NCBI GenBank assembly: GCA_000002445.1
Contig: CP000070.1
Location: 1,120,001-1,184,000 of the forward strand
DNA: 64,000 nt
Origin: Trypanosoma brucei
Taxonomy: Eukaryota
Direction: 5' to 3'
The notes under the pieces are model-generated. The model was not told the origin of the DNA. It ran no database searches and saw nothing but the letters and a program-made list of their open reading frames with translations. Positions 29,665 to 41,190 of this stretch are shown here, in pieces; position 1 is the stretch's first letter; every line of letters begins with the position of its first letter. Both the position numbers and the translations under genes were made by a program.

Positions 29665-30297
29665 TCCTTTCTATTATGCTGTTGCTTCTATGGTTGTAAA
29701 AGTAAGCTCAAATATTATTGTTATTCCCCGCTCCCTCCCTGCTTCACACTTCCACAACAACTTATGGGTGTCTCGCTTCGACCCAAATCCGTGTGACTCA
29801 CCCAGTTGGTGTTTAACAGCTTACTACCTTGTTTTCCTTTACCTGGTAATGATGCGCCACTTCGATAGGAAAGATATGAATGACGACTGTGAAAAATTAT
29901 CAAAACAGGAGTAATCTCCAATAACAAAAATAGAAACACTGTAATAATGAGTTTACGCGACAGTGAAGCAGTTGAGGCCCTACGGCTGCGGGCTTCCAGT
30001 GTGCCTACCGCCAGGTCCTCAAAAATACCTTCTGGACTACCCTACGCCGAAGTCAGCCGCCATCCAAATCCTTTTGTTCGAGTCCCTTCCCGCAGAACAA
30101 AAAATAACAAAGTACAAAAAACTCAGCTACTCAAGGCCTGCACTTTCATTCCTTGTCGCAGAGGGGTATTAAGTGTACGTTACACGCGTGTTAATTGTGA
30201 GTGCATGACTGCAACTACAGCTGCGGCCCCAGGAATTACTTTGTTTTCCTCACCCCTCCCCTCCCACATTTGCGCCACTCCTTGCACATCATCACTA

Positions 30298-32865
30298 CTA
30301 GTTTGTTACGAAGGAATACGCCTCCGCCTCGCGTTCCACCAGCTGTCGTGCACGCGCCGTTCCCACTAGCCTGTTCAGTTCATGAGAGTCGTATCTGCAA
30401 AAGAGAGTGAGCGAGAAGGCGTTTGGCGACGTGGCCACAAGGCGCCCAACAAGCGAGACGTAGAAGCTAGAGAATACAGGTGGGCTATAGAACACGATGA
30501 TTTCCGCATGTTTCACGAAATACCTCCTGAAAAAGTAGAAACGCTCCGTGACTAGCAGAAGTGGTCGCTCCAAATCGGTGAACTGCCCCAGTGACTTGCG
30601 CTGTTGCCGAAGAGAGGTGTACTCGCATATGGCTGCGAAGCTGTCGCGATGCTCGCGTATCATATAGTTTCGGATGCGAACGTAGTCAAAGTAGGAGGGA
30701 ACGAATATGATCGTACGCACATCACGAGAAACAGGCGGTAATATCTTGGTTGGAAGCACCTCGCGCGTGAAAAAGTCAAAGCGCGCGTCATCGCAGGATT
30801 CCACAGAACTTCCTGGATCGAAGCGAAGAAAGTGCTGTCTCACGGGCACCATAATTTGCTGGAGCACACCTGTTTCCTCCCTCCGATGCAGCGACACGCG
30901 ACCAGAGTTGTTCACAAACGTGCGAAAAGTGGAAAGAAGGACGGCATTTGTCACATTGCTTGAAATAATAGTCTGCCGATGGCGTCCGCTCTGTCCAGCA
31001 AGCGCCCAGGCATAAACACGACGCAAGTCAGATAATCCGTATGTTGTGTCGCGTGGGCGTTTATTCAGCAAACCGAGCACCTCCATCACATGCTGCCAGT
31101 TCTGCATCAACAAAACATGAGCTTCATCGATAAGGCAAACTTCAATAGAGGAAAGTGACACGGAGGCGTCGCCATTCCGTTCGAGACGCCGCCGCAACCC
31201 CAACGGGGAACAGATAATCATATCACTGTTCAACGGGTGAGTGTATACTCGCACACGACTTGGTTCAATTCGCAAACCCACACAAAAAGAATCATCAATA
31301 TTGCCGGCAAACTGTCGTTGGTAGTCACGGGGGCGGCGTGAGAAAGTTGGATCCATTGCCTCCGCAAGCTCAGTGAAGTCTTCGTCAAATGTAGCGAGCC
31401 TCGGACAGTCCTCAGGGATAGCACGAAGCAACTCTATCAGCGTGGTCACATATTCGTGAGCAATGTTGCGCATTGGGAGCATAATGAGCAATCGCGTTTT
31501 TCCAAAACCACGGTCTCGCAGTTCATACTCCCCATCCTCACCGTCACTATCATCCAGATTCTTGCTCGACACCGCGCTGCTGCCTTTAACCTTCTTCTTG
31601 GAGTTCTTTCTTTTCTGACGCTTCTTTTCATGTAGAAAGGCTTCGTGTAAGACCATAACCGCACGTGCCTTGTACCAATGGTTGAGAGCGTGAAGCAGAA
31701 ACACTTCTCGACGTGCCTCAGCGTTCTCAGCCGATCGACAACAGTCCATGACATCGGGGTAGCCCTGCAGAAGGTCCAACAGCCCCCGCTGTTCCGCCGT
31801 CATAGGTCCGCGAGACTTCGCCGCACGGTAATCCAACCATTTGTTCCAAAGTGTTTCGTGCATGTACGGCGGCCTCTTATCGAGTTTTTGTGGTGCTGAG
31901 GCAGTTCCTTGCCATCCAACGCGAAAGGGTTCATGTATGAGGTGCTCCATAGCATGCGCCGAAGCTGATACCGCAATCTGTCCGTATTCTGTATGATATT
32001 TTTGTTTTAACAGCTTCATCGGTGATCTGTCAATGCTTCCATGCTTATCGATATGATACTTTGTGAACCACGGATCATCCTCGCGTACGACGCGTTGCAG
32101 TGCCTCAAGCTTCGCTGTACCCAAGTGAAACTGCGGTAGAAGTTGGACCTTCTCCTCCTCAAATTTCTGTTGATCTCCGTCTCCTTCCTCGTCATCCTCG
32201 TATGCGTCCTCCTTTCCGCTATCCTCTCCTTCTTCGTCCTCCTCAGACTCTTCCATTGACATTACATCCTCTGCGTCATCCTCTTCTAGTGAGCCATCCT
32301 CCGTCCCAACCTCTTGTCCATCGCTCTCAATTGCGTAACTGTTTTCCTCCTCAAGTTCCTCAAGTTCTTCTTCCTCGTCTTCCTCTTCATCCTGTGGAAG
32401 GAATGTCCTCCAGTCGTCATCCCCACCATCCGACGGTACTGTGCCGTTCACGGCGGTTGTATCCACGTTACTCAAATCATTGTCACGCTGATTTTCAACA
32501 CCTTTACGCTTACTGTTGTTACCGTTATTATTGTCATTACCATTGTGACTATTATTACGACCGCGTTTCACTGCCCGGCCTCCATCGGCTATTCCCAGCA
32601 CGCGACGCAGTGCCAAAAGGGACTTTTCCTCCTTACGTGCCTCCAGTTCCGAGTCAGTGGAAGCCGCCTCACTCTCACTGCTGCTGCTGCTGCTGATCGC
32701 AGCGAGTTCCTCAGCTTCACGCTTGGCCGCGTAGTAATCGACTAGTTCATTATGCTTTAAACGTCGTTCTTCTTTGGAAGCACCCTTTGTACCTCGACGA
32801 CGGTGAGTGGCAAGGCGCTTCTGCTTGTTCTTAAGCCTCTTAAAAAAGCCGCCCGGCTTTCCCAT
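30298..32865 (-). CDS. UTP25: U3 snoRNP protein UTP25 (digestive-organ expansion factor/DEF homologue)
   Basis: 855 aa. Long acidic/Ser-rich N-terminus, then the degenerate helicase-like UTP25 core (LLHALNHWYKARAV, RLLIMLPMRNIA, ICSPLGLRRRL, EVCLIDEAHVLLMQNW, YRQ-like RHRQTIISS, IIFVPSYFDYVRIRNYM, LLVTERFYFFRRY). Confidence 0.75.
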   Translation of the reverse strand: MGKPGGFFKRLKNKQKRLATHRRRGTKGASKEERRLKHNELVDYYAAKREAEELAAISSSSSSESEAASTDSELEARKEEKSLLALRRVLGIADGGRAVKRGRNNSHNGNDNNNGNNSKRKGVENQRDNDLSNVDTTAVNGTVPSDGGDDDWRTFLPQDEEEDEEEELEELEEENSYAIESDGQEVGTEDGSLEEDDAEDVMSMEESEEDEEGEDSGKEDAYEDDEEGDGDQQKFEEEKVQLLPQFHLGTAKLEALQRVVREDDPWFTKYHIDKHGSIDRSPMKLLKQKYHTEYGQIAVSASAHAMEHLIHEPFRVGWQGTASAPQKLDKRPPYMHETLWNKWLDYRAAKSRGPMTAEQRGLLDLLQGYPDVMDCCRSAENAEARREVFLLHALNHWYKARAVMVLHEAFLHEKKRQKRKNSKKKVKGSSAVSSKNLDDSDGEDGEYELRDRGFGKTRLLIMLPMRNIAHEYVTTLIELLRAIPEDCPRLATFDEDFTELAEAMDPTFSRRPRDYQRQFAGNIDDSFCVGLRIEPSRVRVYTHPLNSDMIICSPLGLRRRLERNGDASVSLSSIEVCLIDEAHVLLMQNWQHVMEVLGLLNKRPRDTTYGLSDLRRVYAWALAGQSGRHRQTIISSNVTNAVLLSTFRTFVNNSGRVSLHRREETGVLQQIMVPVRQHFLRFDPGSSVESCDDARFDFFTREVLPTKILPPVSRDVRTIIFVPSYFDYVRIRNYMIREHRDSFAAICEYTSLRQQRKSLGQFTDLERPLLLVTERFYFFRRYFVKHAEIIVFYSPPVFSSFYVSLVGRLVATSPNAFSLTLFCRYDSHELNRLVGTARARQLVEREAEAYSFVTN

Positions 32866-33206
32866 GCGTTATCACTTATTACGAGGAAACAGGTATCTCC
32901 CGGAAGCGGTCCTTTTTCCTTGGGTCCCACTCTTTTCTCCTCTTTATTCCTCACACGCGTGAGCCGATGCGCTGCTCAGTCGCTGTGTCAACAACCGAGG
33001 AGGGAGAATAACGGATTAGTAAAACAAGAAAATAGGAAAAAAAAGGGACGGGTTAATCTTATATTTCAATCAAAGAAAAATCCCAACAACAATACTGCAA
33101 ATCGCCATTTGTCGCGAGAGTGAAGGCTTATCGCCTGAATCATGCCCCTCGTGGTCCCACACCCTTTTCAACCTAGCAAAAACGACTTACCTTCATTCCG
33201 CGTACC

Positions 33207-33686
33207 CTAAGTTACTGGAACTGTAGCGGCTGCCGTTATCGCTTCCTCCTGAGCCTGAATGACCTTTACACAGGCATTAACCACACCCCTAAAGTGCTGC
33301 TGGCACTCCCTCAGTGCCTCTGATGGGGCAACTGCAAACCATTTGGCAGGATCTTCTCCTGCGCTGTCTCCGCAGTTAACTAGCTTCCACACTGCACAGT
33401 CGACATTGTCGTCGCTAATTGCGGCAGCGCCCACACCGGCATCACCGCCGTTGCCACCGTCTTTCATCTCACGAACAATGCAATATTGAGGCTTTACGGC
33501 ACCAGCTGCTGTTGGAACAGCTTCCCACGCCAAAAGTAATCCGGTGCGGTCCATTTGTCTTTGGGCGTTGCTAAACGAGAAGTGCGCATGCTGGAGCATG
33601 CGGTGTAGGATGGTGCGAGAATCTTCCAACAACTGCAATTTGCTCATAGCCTTTTCGAATTTGCTGTCAGAGAGACTCGGGTTCAT
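33207..33686 (-). CDS. Hypothetical protein (159 aa)
   Basis: ORF in register with the surrounding - strand genes. No motif recognised. Confidence 0.35.
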   Translation of the reverse strand: MNPSLSDSKFEKAMSKLQLLEDSRTILHRMLQHAHFSFSNAQRQMDRTGLLLAWEAVPTAAGAVKPQYCIVREMKDGGNGGDAGVGAAAISDDNVDCAVWKLVNCGDSAGEDPAKWFAVAPSEALRECQQHFRGVVNACVKVIQAQEEAITAAATVPVT

Positions 33687-34350
33687 TGTAGTCTTGTTAA
33701 CTCCTCATGCATTAACTGGAAGAAAATACTCCGTTATGCCCTCTAGTTGACAACGACGAAAGGAAATGAGAGAAAGGAGTATGGGAAAGCTGCGTCTTTT
33801 ACCTTCCTGCAATCAGGTGCATTACAATCTTTAAAACATTTAACACAATGACGTACCACATTTCCCCAATGGAATGCTCGCGGCAAATCCCCCCATTATG
33901 CATAAAATTCGTTTCACCCATCACCTTCCCAACTATCACAACCAGCGGTTGGCAGCCAGAAAAGTTGTTTTCTTCCCCTTATTCCCGTTCGCTCCCTTCA
34001 ACCCTGCACATCATCAAGGTTGTTTCCCTTACTTGCGACACATATTTGTCAACATGGACCAATTTCCCCTCACTGCCACGATTTTTAGACACCCATTGGA
34101 CCCTCTGTCACCTTATGTGCCGACAATAGTTGCGAGATGTGCGCCCCCTTTCGAATCCTTAGGCGGCACGCACAATTCATTGAAGGCTGCTTCCACTGTT
34201 GGATATCACGAAAATAAATACAGTGGTAACGGTTAAAGAAACTAGCGCTCGCGTTGAATAGAATGACAGTGACAACAACAATAACGAGAAATATAGTTTT
34301 AATTAATAGTAAACATAAAACTTGGGGACACGATAAAGAACGAACGATAA

Positions 34351-35343
34351 CTAGGTTGCCAGTCGGTGTTGCTCGTGGCGCTCGTCCATTACTACGTAGG
34401 TTTCCTTCTTATTGCCCACTCTTACCATTTCCAGTGGTTCCTCCAGACTGCTATCACCCTCCCCCGACCCCGCGTGTCGTTGCTGCGCCGCACAACTCAA
34501 AAAATTAAGTGCATCCAAGGGGTTACCAACATCCTGCAGTTGAAAAAAAACACGCAATGTGCCAGTTCGACCGATGGCTTTCAGTACCTCCTCTTTGGAA
34601 ATCACTATAGTCCGTGTCCCGCCTTCTGCGCTCATGGGCAGCTCAGCAATACATCCACCTTTCTCATCCAATAACTTCAAACTGTGCGGTGGTACGATGC
34701 CGTTACGACCTAGTGCAAACAAAACAAACTCCTTTACGTCGTCAACATTGTACACACCGACAACATCCGTGGTGCCTGTCTCTCGCTTGGCCTCCAGCCT
34801 AATAAAAATAAGGTTGCGACTCAGCACAAATCCTCCTGAAGTAAATGGGTTGAGGACTTGTTGGAAGAAACGCGGAATGCTCCACGTGACATTCAGCGTA
34901 CCGATACCAGCCGAGGGCAACTTCTGATGCTCCAGTGTAATCACATCATCATCAAAGTGGAGGTGCAAAATTATCGTGCCATCGCTGCAGACAAAATCTA
35001 ACATGTCATTTTGATGGCAGGTGTTCCAGTGCCCACATCGTTCGGCAGTAGGAGGAATGGTGTGGGCAGTGTGTTGTCTCATGTAGGCACCATCGCTGTT
35101 GACAAAATAGTATGAGTACTTTGGGATCGCTACACTTTTGTAATGCATGTATACACCAATATTACCCTTTTCTGTAATTGCTATGTGGAGGTGAAACTTC
35201 ACCTGAGTGAAACAAGTGACGTTTGCACTGTCCAATGTGGTCCCGGGTCCATATTTACAAAAGTCTTTGATAGTCCAAATAAAGTGCCGACCTGACTTGT
35301 CAGCGGCCCGCATAACACCATAACGCTTTTTAAAGAAACCCAT
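34351..35343 (-). CDS. Hypothetical protein, possibly with an N-terminal MATH/TRAF-like beta-sandwich
   Basis: 330 aa. The N-terminal HFIWTIKDFCK...VKFHLHIAI pattern is reminiscent of MATH domains. Otherwise unassigned. Confidence 0.4.
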   Translation of the reverse strand: MGFFKKRYGVMRAADKSGRHFIWTIKDFCKYGPGTTLDSANVTCFTQVKFHLHIAITEKGNIGVYMHYKSVAIPKYSYYFVNSDGAYMRQHTAHTIPPTAERCGHWNTCHQNDMLDFVCSDGTIILHLHFDDDVITLEHQKLPSAGIGTLNVTWSIPRFFQQVLNPFTSGGFVLSRNLIFIRLEAKRETGTTDVVGVYNVDDVKEFVLFALGRNGIVPPHSLKLLDEKGGCIAELPMSAEGGTRTIVISKEEVLKAIGRTGTLRVFFQLQDVGNPLDALNFLSCAAQQRHAGSGEGDSSLEEPLEMVRVGNKKETYVVMDERHEQHRLAT

Positions 35344-35994
35344 CTATTCAGTTCCGTCCGTAGCCTTGTTGCGGTTCCTCCAATTTCCCCCTTAAACCGA
35401 TTTTACCTCCGCTTCGTTGTTTCCTTCTTTGCTTGTAACTGGTAGCCACCTGTTTTCTTGTGCACTTACGTCAATATATATATATATATGTATGTTTATT
35501 ATGTCGAATATATGTAACGTAATGTCGCGAGTACAAGTTATCTGCAAACACCGCTTTTCGTCGCCACCTCCTTTTGCTTAACCTTTTGCTTCACACGCCT
35601 CTCACAAATACAACGAAATGAAGGGGAAGTCAAAAATAGAAACGTTTTTCGTGTGCTTAAATAGACGCATGGAGAACCACGGGATCTTACAGCCGTTGTA
35701 GGCACTCTACAAAATTGTAGTGTGCGTATAACACTTGGTATACGGTGTCAACATCTAACGTTTTTCACAATCTATCCTACTGTTTATTTTCATCTACCTG
35801 TCCTTCTAACAACCCTGTCCATATTACGAGGAAGCACCAGGACGAGATGCTCCGCCCACGGACAGAGACATGAATGCCAACAGTACCATGGTGAAGTTCT
35901 ACGGGTTCCATTAAGTAACACAACCCTCGCAACACCCACTATCACAAACGCATGCACACGTGGACTAAAAAGTCAGCAGGCCACCATGCACTTT

Positions 35995-38900
35995 CTAGTA
36001 ACCTGCCAAGTCCCAGATGCTCGCGGCACGTTCGACTTCACTACAAACACCATCAGCACACTTTCGTACGCGTGGCGCACCTCTCATTGGGCTTAGTGAG
36101 GGAAATAGGTAATTGTCGACGTACATTTTCTGGTAGCGCCACTCCGCCGACTCCAGGAATGAAACAGTCACTTTGCTGTAAAAAGGTTGAAGGTGCTGTG
36201 CACCCCTCAATGATTGGGCTCTCTGTTTCCGAAGATGAAGTTTGTAGATTTCTGCATAACCGATCGGTGCCGCGGTGTTACCCTGCTGACGTGCTTTTTG
36301 ACAAACCTGCAGACTCCCACAGGGATTGGAACGGCTCAACGTAACAAATCTCGCTTCCCCTGATGCGGAGGCAGCGCCGTGCGTCGCCGTTCCTGCACAC
36401 TCTGTACCTCGAACCTTTTTCCTGCGCTTGACATTGTAGCCCGTGAAATCGCTATCATTGGCAATAGAACCCTGAACAGCCGACTTGCGCATAAGCAGAG
36501 GGGCCCACGGCCGGTCACGAAGATGCGGGGGAGTGCTGCACCGTCCATCCGTAATGTTGATTGACCAAACAACAGCTTTCTCATGCTGTTTTGGGTGTTC
36601 AGCTTCATCAAAAGTCACCAGGGAGCCAGTGCTCTGTTCGTTCGCCTGATATTCCGCAGGTACCGGGTCTTCCAGTGGCTCAGTGACATCTTTCACCATT
36701 GATAAAGCGGGTTCATTCCGATGTGGCCGCTTGCACAACAGTGAAGCGTCAGTGTACGGTTCAGTAGCGCGTGCCTCATCCTTAAACAGAGCGGTGTTAT
36801 TCGCTTCAATTTCACAATGACCACCTCCGGACCCCGCAACATCACCCGCATATTCTTCAAAACACAAGGATAGACTGGGTGGCCATTGCACCAGTGATCG
36901 ATAACAGTTCAGCTCGTCCCACCGCATTTCATTCCTCGCGTAATACTCAGCTCGTTCATTGTGCCACCGATTTCGTGCTTCTCTTTGAACAAGTTTGAAT
37001 AAAGAAATGTAGCACTGTTCCTCAACACAAGAGACCATATCACTGTAAGAAGAAACAACTTGGTTCGATTGGTCTTCGGTCCACACATAACCCTTGGTTG
37101 GTTCAGCAGTCGGATACGTCGCCTCGACAGCGGGTAATTCATGCTGGTCAGCTACGTCTGCAACACGGAGTGGGGTGGTGACGCGGTGTTCGAGAGCAGC
37201 AGAGTAACGAATCGCTTCAGCGCCCGTGGTAGTGGAAATTGATATATCACAACCACTCCTGTCACTCACGCCAAACAGTGATTTGCCAGCACCTTCAAGC
37301 GGCTCCCTGGTAGTGCTCAGTTCATGGAGCACGGTCGTCAAAACCGTATTCGCACGTTGCTCAGAATCAAGAACAATCTTATCATCTGAGCTTGCACAAA
37401 TACCAGCCACATCAACGCTAAGCATGCTTCCACTCCTCAGCGTGTTCGAGCGCATGACGCGCCGTAACAAGTTTGTAACACCCTCATCTTCTTGGCTTTC
37501 GATGGTGCCTCTTATTGCACATTCCTCACGTTGCAATTCACTAAGCAACTGTTGACACTGGAGGTAGCGTCTTTGTTCCTGTAATCGATATGCACTACGC
37601 TCAGCAGCAGAAGCAGCGGATTCACCTGCCCATCGTAACAAGTTTGTAACACCCTCATCTTCTTGACTTTCGATGGTGCCTCTTATTGCGCATTCCTCAC
37701 GTTGCAATTCACTAAGCAACTGTTGACACTGGAGGTAGCGTCTTTGTTCCTGTAATCGATATGCACTACGCTCAGCAGCAGAAGCAGCGGATTCACCTGC
37801 CCATCGTAACAAGTTTGTAACACCCTCATCTTCTTGGCTTTCGATGGTGCCTCTTATTGCACATTCCTCACGTTGCAATTCACTAAGCAACTGTTGACAC
37901 TGGAGGTAGCGTCTTTGTTCCTGTAACCGATATGCACTACGCTCAGCAGCAGAATCAGCGGATTCACCTGCCCATCGTAACAAGTTTGTAACACCCTCAT
38001 CTTCTTGGCTTTCGATGGTGCCTCTTATTGCGCATTCCTCACGTTGCAATTCACTAAGCAACTGTTGACACTGGAGGTAGCGTCTTTGTTCCTGTAATCG
38101 ATATGCACTACGCTCAGCAGCAGAAGCAGCGGATTCACCTGCCCATCGTAACAAGTTTGTAACACCCTCATCTTCTTGGCTTTCGATGGTGCCTCTTATT
38201 GCACATTCCTCACGTTGCAATTCACTAAGCAACTGTTGACACTGGAGGTAGCGTCTTTGTTCCTGTAATCGATATGCACTACGCTCAGCAGCAGAATCAG
38301 CGGATTCACCTGCCCATCGTAACAAGTTTGTAACACCCTCATCTTCTTGGCTTTCGATGGTGCCTCTTATTGCACATTCCTCACGTTGCAATTCACTAAG
38401 CAACTGTTGACACTGGAGGTAGCGTCTTTGTTCCTGTAATCGATATGCACTACGCTCAGCAGCAGAATCAGCGGATTCACCTGCCCATCGTAACAAGTTT
38501 GTAACACCCTCATCTTCTTGGCTTTCGATGGTGCCTCTTATTGCACATTCCTCACGTTGCAATTCACTAAGCAACTGTTGACACTGGAGGTAGCGTCTTC
38601 GTTCCTGTAATCGATATGCACTACGCTCAGCAGCAGAATCAGCGGATTCACCTGCCCATCGTAACAAGTTTGTAACACCCTCATCTTCTTGGCTTTCGAT
38701 GGTGCCTCTTATTGCACATTCCTCACGTTGCAATTCACTAAGCAACTGTTGACACTGGAGGTAGCGTCTTCGTTCCTGTAATCGATATGCACTACGCTCA
38801 GCAGCAGAATCAGCGGATTCACCTGCCCATCGTAACAAGTTTGTAACACCCTCATCTTCTTGGCTTTCGATGGTGCCTCTTATTGCACATTCCTCACGTT

Positions 38901-40212
38901 GCAATTCACTAAGCAACTGTTGACACTGGAGGTAGCGTCTTCGTTCCTGTAATCGATATGCACTACGCTCAGCAGCAGAATCAGCGGATTCACCTGCCCA
39001 TCGTAACAAGTTTGTAACACCCTCATCTTCTTGACTTTCGATGGTACGCCCGACCACAGCATCCCTGTGTTGAGTTTCGGTCAGCAACTCGTAGCAACGG
39101 TTGCCCAGCGGTGGAGTGCGGGCGCCAACGTTTTGTTTGTTGGGGATGTGTTTCGAATAGTTTGGCAGTGAGGAGCGGTCTTCTTGCGGTTCTCGACGCA
39201 ATATGGAATGATGACTCCAACTACCACCTCGATCACTCCTTTCAGCATGAATTAAATCGTGCGTGGACGAGGCGGAGGCGCTGTTTAGTTTGTCGTTTCG
39301 TAATGCAGAAGGTCGTGCATATCCTGATGTGTTTTCTGTGGAAAAGTGAGGAAAACGGTGATCCAAGTTTGTGACACTAAGGAGATCAGCGGCTGTTACC
39401 GAACTGTGGCCTTCCTCCAGTTCTGCCATATACAGCAACCCGAAAGCCTTCTCGTAGTGCGACGCCAAGAGCCCGTAAGCTGCCCTGCGCCACTGCAACG
39501 TGCGTGTTGCAAACTCCCCGGCAGGATCGTACTCAAAGGAAGAGAAGGACGCGCTCGATGCCTTGCTCAGTAAAGAATCGAATGACGACTCTCCGGAGTG
39601 TAACAATGCGGATGTAGTGTTCATTAATGGTGGTGAGTCTCCTAGCACTGTGGTGGCACCGAGAAATAAAGCAGATGTAACGTTGGTTTCTGAGAAGCCA
39701 GTTGACTGCTTGCGCCTCTGTCTTGAAAGATACTCATCGCTCTTCCCCCGCAACCCCATATTAGGTTGCTTCGTGTCTTTTCCGACGATAGCTGATTCAG
39801 CCCTTTTGGGTAAATGCTTCGCGTGAGTCTGGGTGAGCCCCTCGATGTTTTTGCAAAGAGGAGTCCACTTGGTCTCACTTTTGATATCGTCCGTTCTACT
39901 TTTAAATTCGGGCTTCAATCCCATCTCTATATTTTTTACAGTATGATGATGTTTCTTCGGACTTACACAACTTTTTGGCTGCGATTGCGCCGTTGTGCCA
40001 CTCCGCAACGAACTGTGGTACCCCTTAAGAGCAGAGCCATGGCTGGGGAGGCGAACCAAACCTGTGTGGGCCACCGAGTTCTGACGCATACGTTTAAGGT
40101 AATATTCAATACGAGCAATGTGGCGATCCACCGACGCTATGGATGAAGCAACACCCTCCATCTGACAGGTGGTCGCTTCCTCCTCCTGTAATAATGAGCT
40201 AATACAGAGCAA
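35995..40212 (-). CDS. Large repetitive protein (1405 aa) with ~10 tandem 57-aa repeats
   Basis: Continuous ORF. The central region is IRGTIESQEDEGVTNLLRWAGESADSAAERSAYRLQE[R/Q]RRYLQCQQLLSELQREECA repeated ~10 times with only ADSAA/AASAA and ERRR/EQRR variants. Flanks are Ser-rich low complexity. Confidence 0.7.
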   Translation of the reverse strand: MLCISSLLQEEEATTCQMEGVASSIASVDRHIARIEYYLKRMRQNSVAHTGLVRLPSHGSALKGYHSSLRSGTTAQSQPKSCVSPKKHHHTVKNIEMGLKPEFKSRTDDIKSETKWTPLCKNIEGLTQTHAKHLPKRAESAIVGKDTKQPNMGLRGKSDEYLSRQRRKQSTGFSETNVTSALFLGATTVLGDSPPLMNTTSALLHSGESSFDSLLSKASSASFSSFEYDPAGEFATRTLQWRRAAYGLLASHYEKAFGLLYMAELEEGHSSVTAADLLSVTNLDHRFPHFSTENTSGYARPSALRNDKLNSASASSTHDLIHAERSDRGGSWSHHSILRREPQEDRSSLPNYSKHIPNKQNVGARTPPLGNRCYELLTETQHRDAVVGRTIESQEDEGVTNLLRWAGESADSAAERSAYRLQERRRYLQCQQLLSELQREECAIRGTIESQEDEGVTNLLRWAGESADSAAERSAYRLQERRRYLQCQQLLSELQREECAIRGTIESQEDEGVTNLLRWAGESADSAAERSAYRLQERRRYLQCQQLLSELQREECAIRGTIESQEDEGVTNLLRWAGESADSAAERSAYRLQEQRRYLQCQQLLSELQREECAIRGTIESQEDEGVTNLLRWAGESADSAAERSAYRLQEQRRYLQCQQLLSELQREECAIRGTIESQEDEGVTNLLRWAGESAASAAERSAYRLQEQRRYLQCQQLLSELQREECAIRGTIESQEDEGVTNLLRWAGESADSAAERSAYRLQEQRRYLQCQQLLSELQREECAIRGTIESQEDEGVTNLLRWAGESAASAAERSAYRLQEQRRYLQCQQLLSELQREECAIRGTIESQEDEGVTNLLRWAGESAASAAERSAYRLQEQRRYLQCQQLLSELQREECAIRGTIESQEDEGVTNLLRRVMRSNTLRSGSMLSVDVAGICASSDDKIVLDSEQRANTVLTTVLHELSTTREPLEGAGKSLFGVSDRSGCDISISTTTGAEAIRYSAALEHRVTTPLRVADVADQHELPAVEATYPTAEPTKGYVWTEDQSNQVVSSYSDMVSCVEEQCYISLFKLVQREARNRWHNERAEYYARNEMRWDELNCYRSLVQWPPSLSLCFEEYAGDVAGSGGGHCEIEANNTALFKDEARATEPYTDASLLCKRPHRNEPALSMVKDVTEPLEDPVPAEYQANEQSTGSLVTFDEAEHPKQHEKAVVWSINITDGRCSTPPHLRDRPWAPLLMRKSAVQGSIANDSDFTGYNVKRRKKVRGTECAGTATHGAASASGEARFVTLSRSNPCGSLQVCQKARQQGNTAAPIGYAEIYKLHLRKQRAQSLRGAQHLQPFYSKVTVSFLESAEWRYQKMYVDNYLFPSLSPMRGAPRVRKCADGVCSEVERAASIWDLAGY
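37455..39040. repeat. 171-bp tandem repeat array (~9.3 copies) inside the 35995..40212 CDS
   Basis: The unit ...cgtaacaagtttgtaacaccctcatcttcttggctttcgatggtgcctcttattgcacattcctcacgttgcaattcactaagcaactgttgacactggaggtagcgtctt... recurs every 171 bp (e.g. 37630, 37801, 37972 ... 38998) with rare SNPs. Confidence 0.9.
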
Positions 40213-41170
40213 CGTGAATTGGTATCAAGTGTCTTTGGATATATATTTTGCGGAGTCGCAGTGCGGTGCGAAGTTGTTAGTTCTTTAACCGACCGAGTCT
40301 CCGCAGTTGAAAAATTGTATGTATGCGTGTATGTGTGTCTATGTCTATGCGCTGGTAAGAAAAGGAACAGTGCCTGAGGAAGCAAAGATAACAATGTAGT
40401 CTTCGTTCCCTTTTGTACACAATTTCACAAGGCGGAACATCGGACCAAACGGCAATGATGATAGAAGTAATTTTGGAAAGCAATCGGTTTTAACAAAAAC
40501 AACAGAGTAACTTTCCATCAAACACATTATGTGACTAGTTATATGCTGATCTTTGTGTAGCCCGTCGGTGCACAGATAGGTTTTCTCCTGTAAGAATGAA
40601 GAAAATGTACGAAAGAAAGCACATAAACACCAAAGAGATATTTTTAGTCATTTTTGTCGGCAATTGTGTTGCCCGGAACAGCAACCCCCACGTTTGGGCA
40701 ATCGATCCTCCTTGAAAAGCGGGGTTTTCTAATAATATACAACTTCACATAGCTTTCCTTGTCCCCTGCCGACGACTGCACCACACCACACCCCCCCCCC
40801 TCCCACTGATAAGGAGGAGAAAAAGAAGAGAGGGAATATATTAAATTGAGGACCGCGACTACAAAACTTATTCAGGAAATTTTGGAGGTGATATGAATAA
40901 TGGAGTTCATGACATTTCACCCTGGTCTGCAGCCTACATAGCCTCCCCACATTTTGCACGCGTACAAACACTATTGCATGCTAGCTTGGGCCCATCACTG
41001 GCATCAATGCCGTAAGTAATGCGCATTAGCTCACATTTGCGGCATCTACACACAAAAAGAAAAACAGCAGGGAGATGAAGAGGAAGGAGACATACGCAAA
41101 CACACCATTCAGCGTGGTGACAAGATACATTCAGGTCAGTGCTACACGGGCGAAGTGATGGCACAGGGCG

Positions 41171-41190
41171 TGTGTGTGTGTGTGTGTGTG
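41171..41190. repeat. (TG)10 microsatellite
   Basis: Read directly. Confidence 0.9.

Noticed and set aside
32100-32745. 198-aa and 143-aa + strand ORFs antisense to UTP25
   Set aside because: They overlap the acidic low-complexity N-terminal region of the - strand UTP25 gene. Their proline/histidine-rich translations are a repeat-composition artefact.
37455-39040. Possibility that the regularly spaced 171-bp repeats represent a CRISPR-like array
   Set aside because: This is a eukaryotic (kinetoplastid) locus. The units are contiguous with no unique spacers and lie in-frame within a long ORF, so it is a protein-coding tandem repeat.
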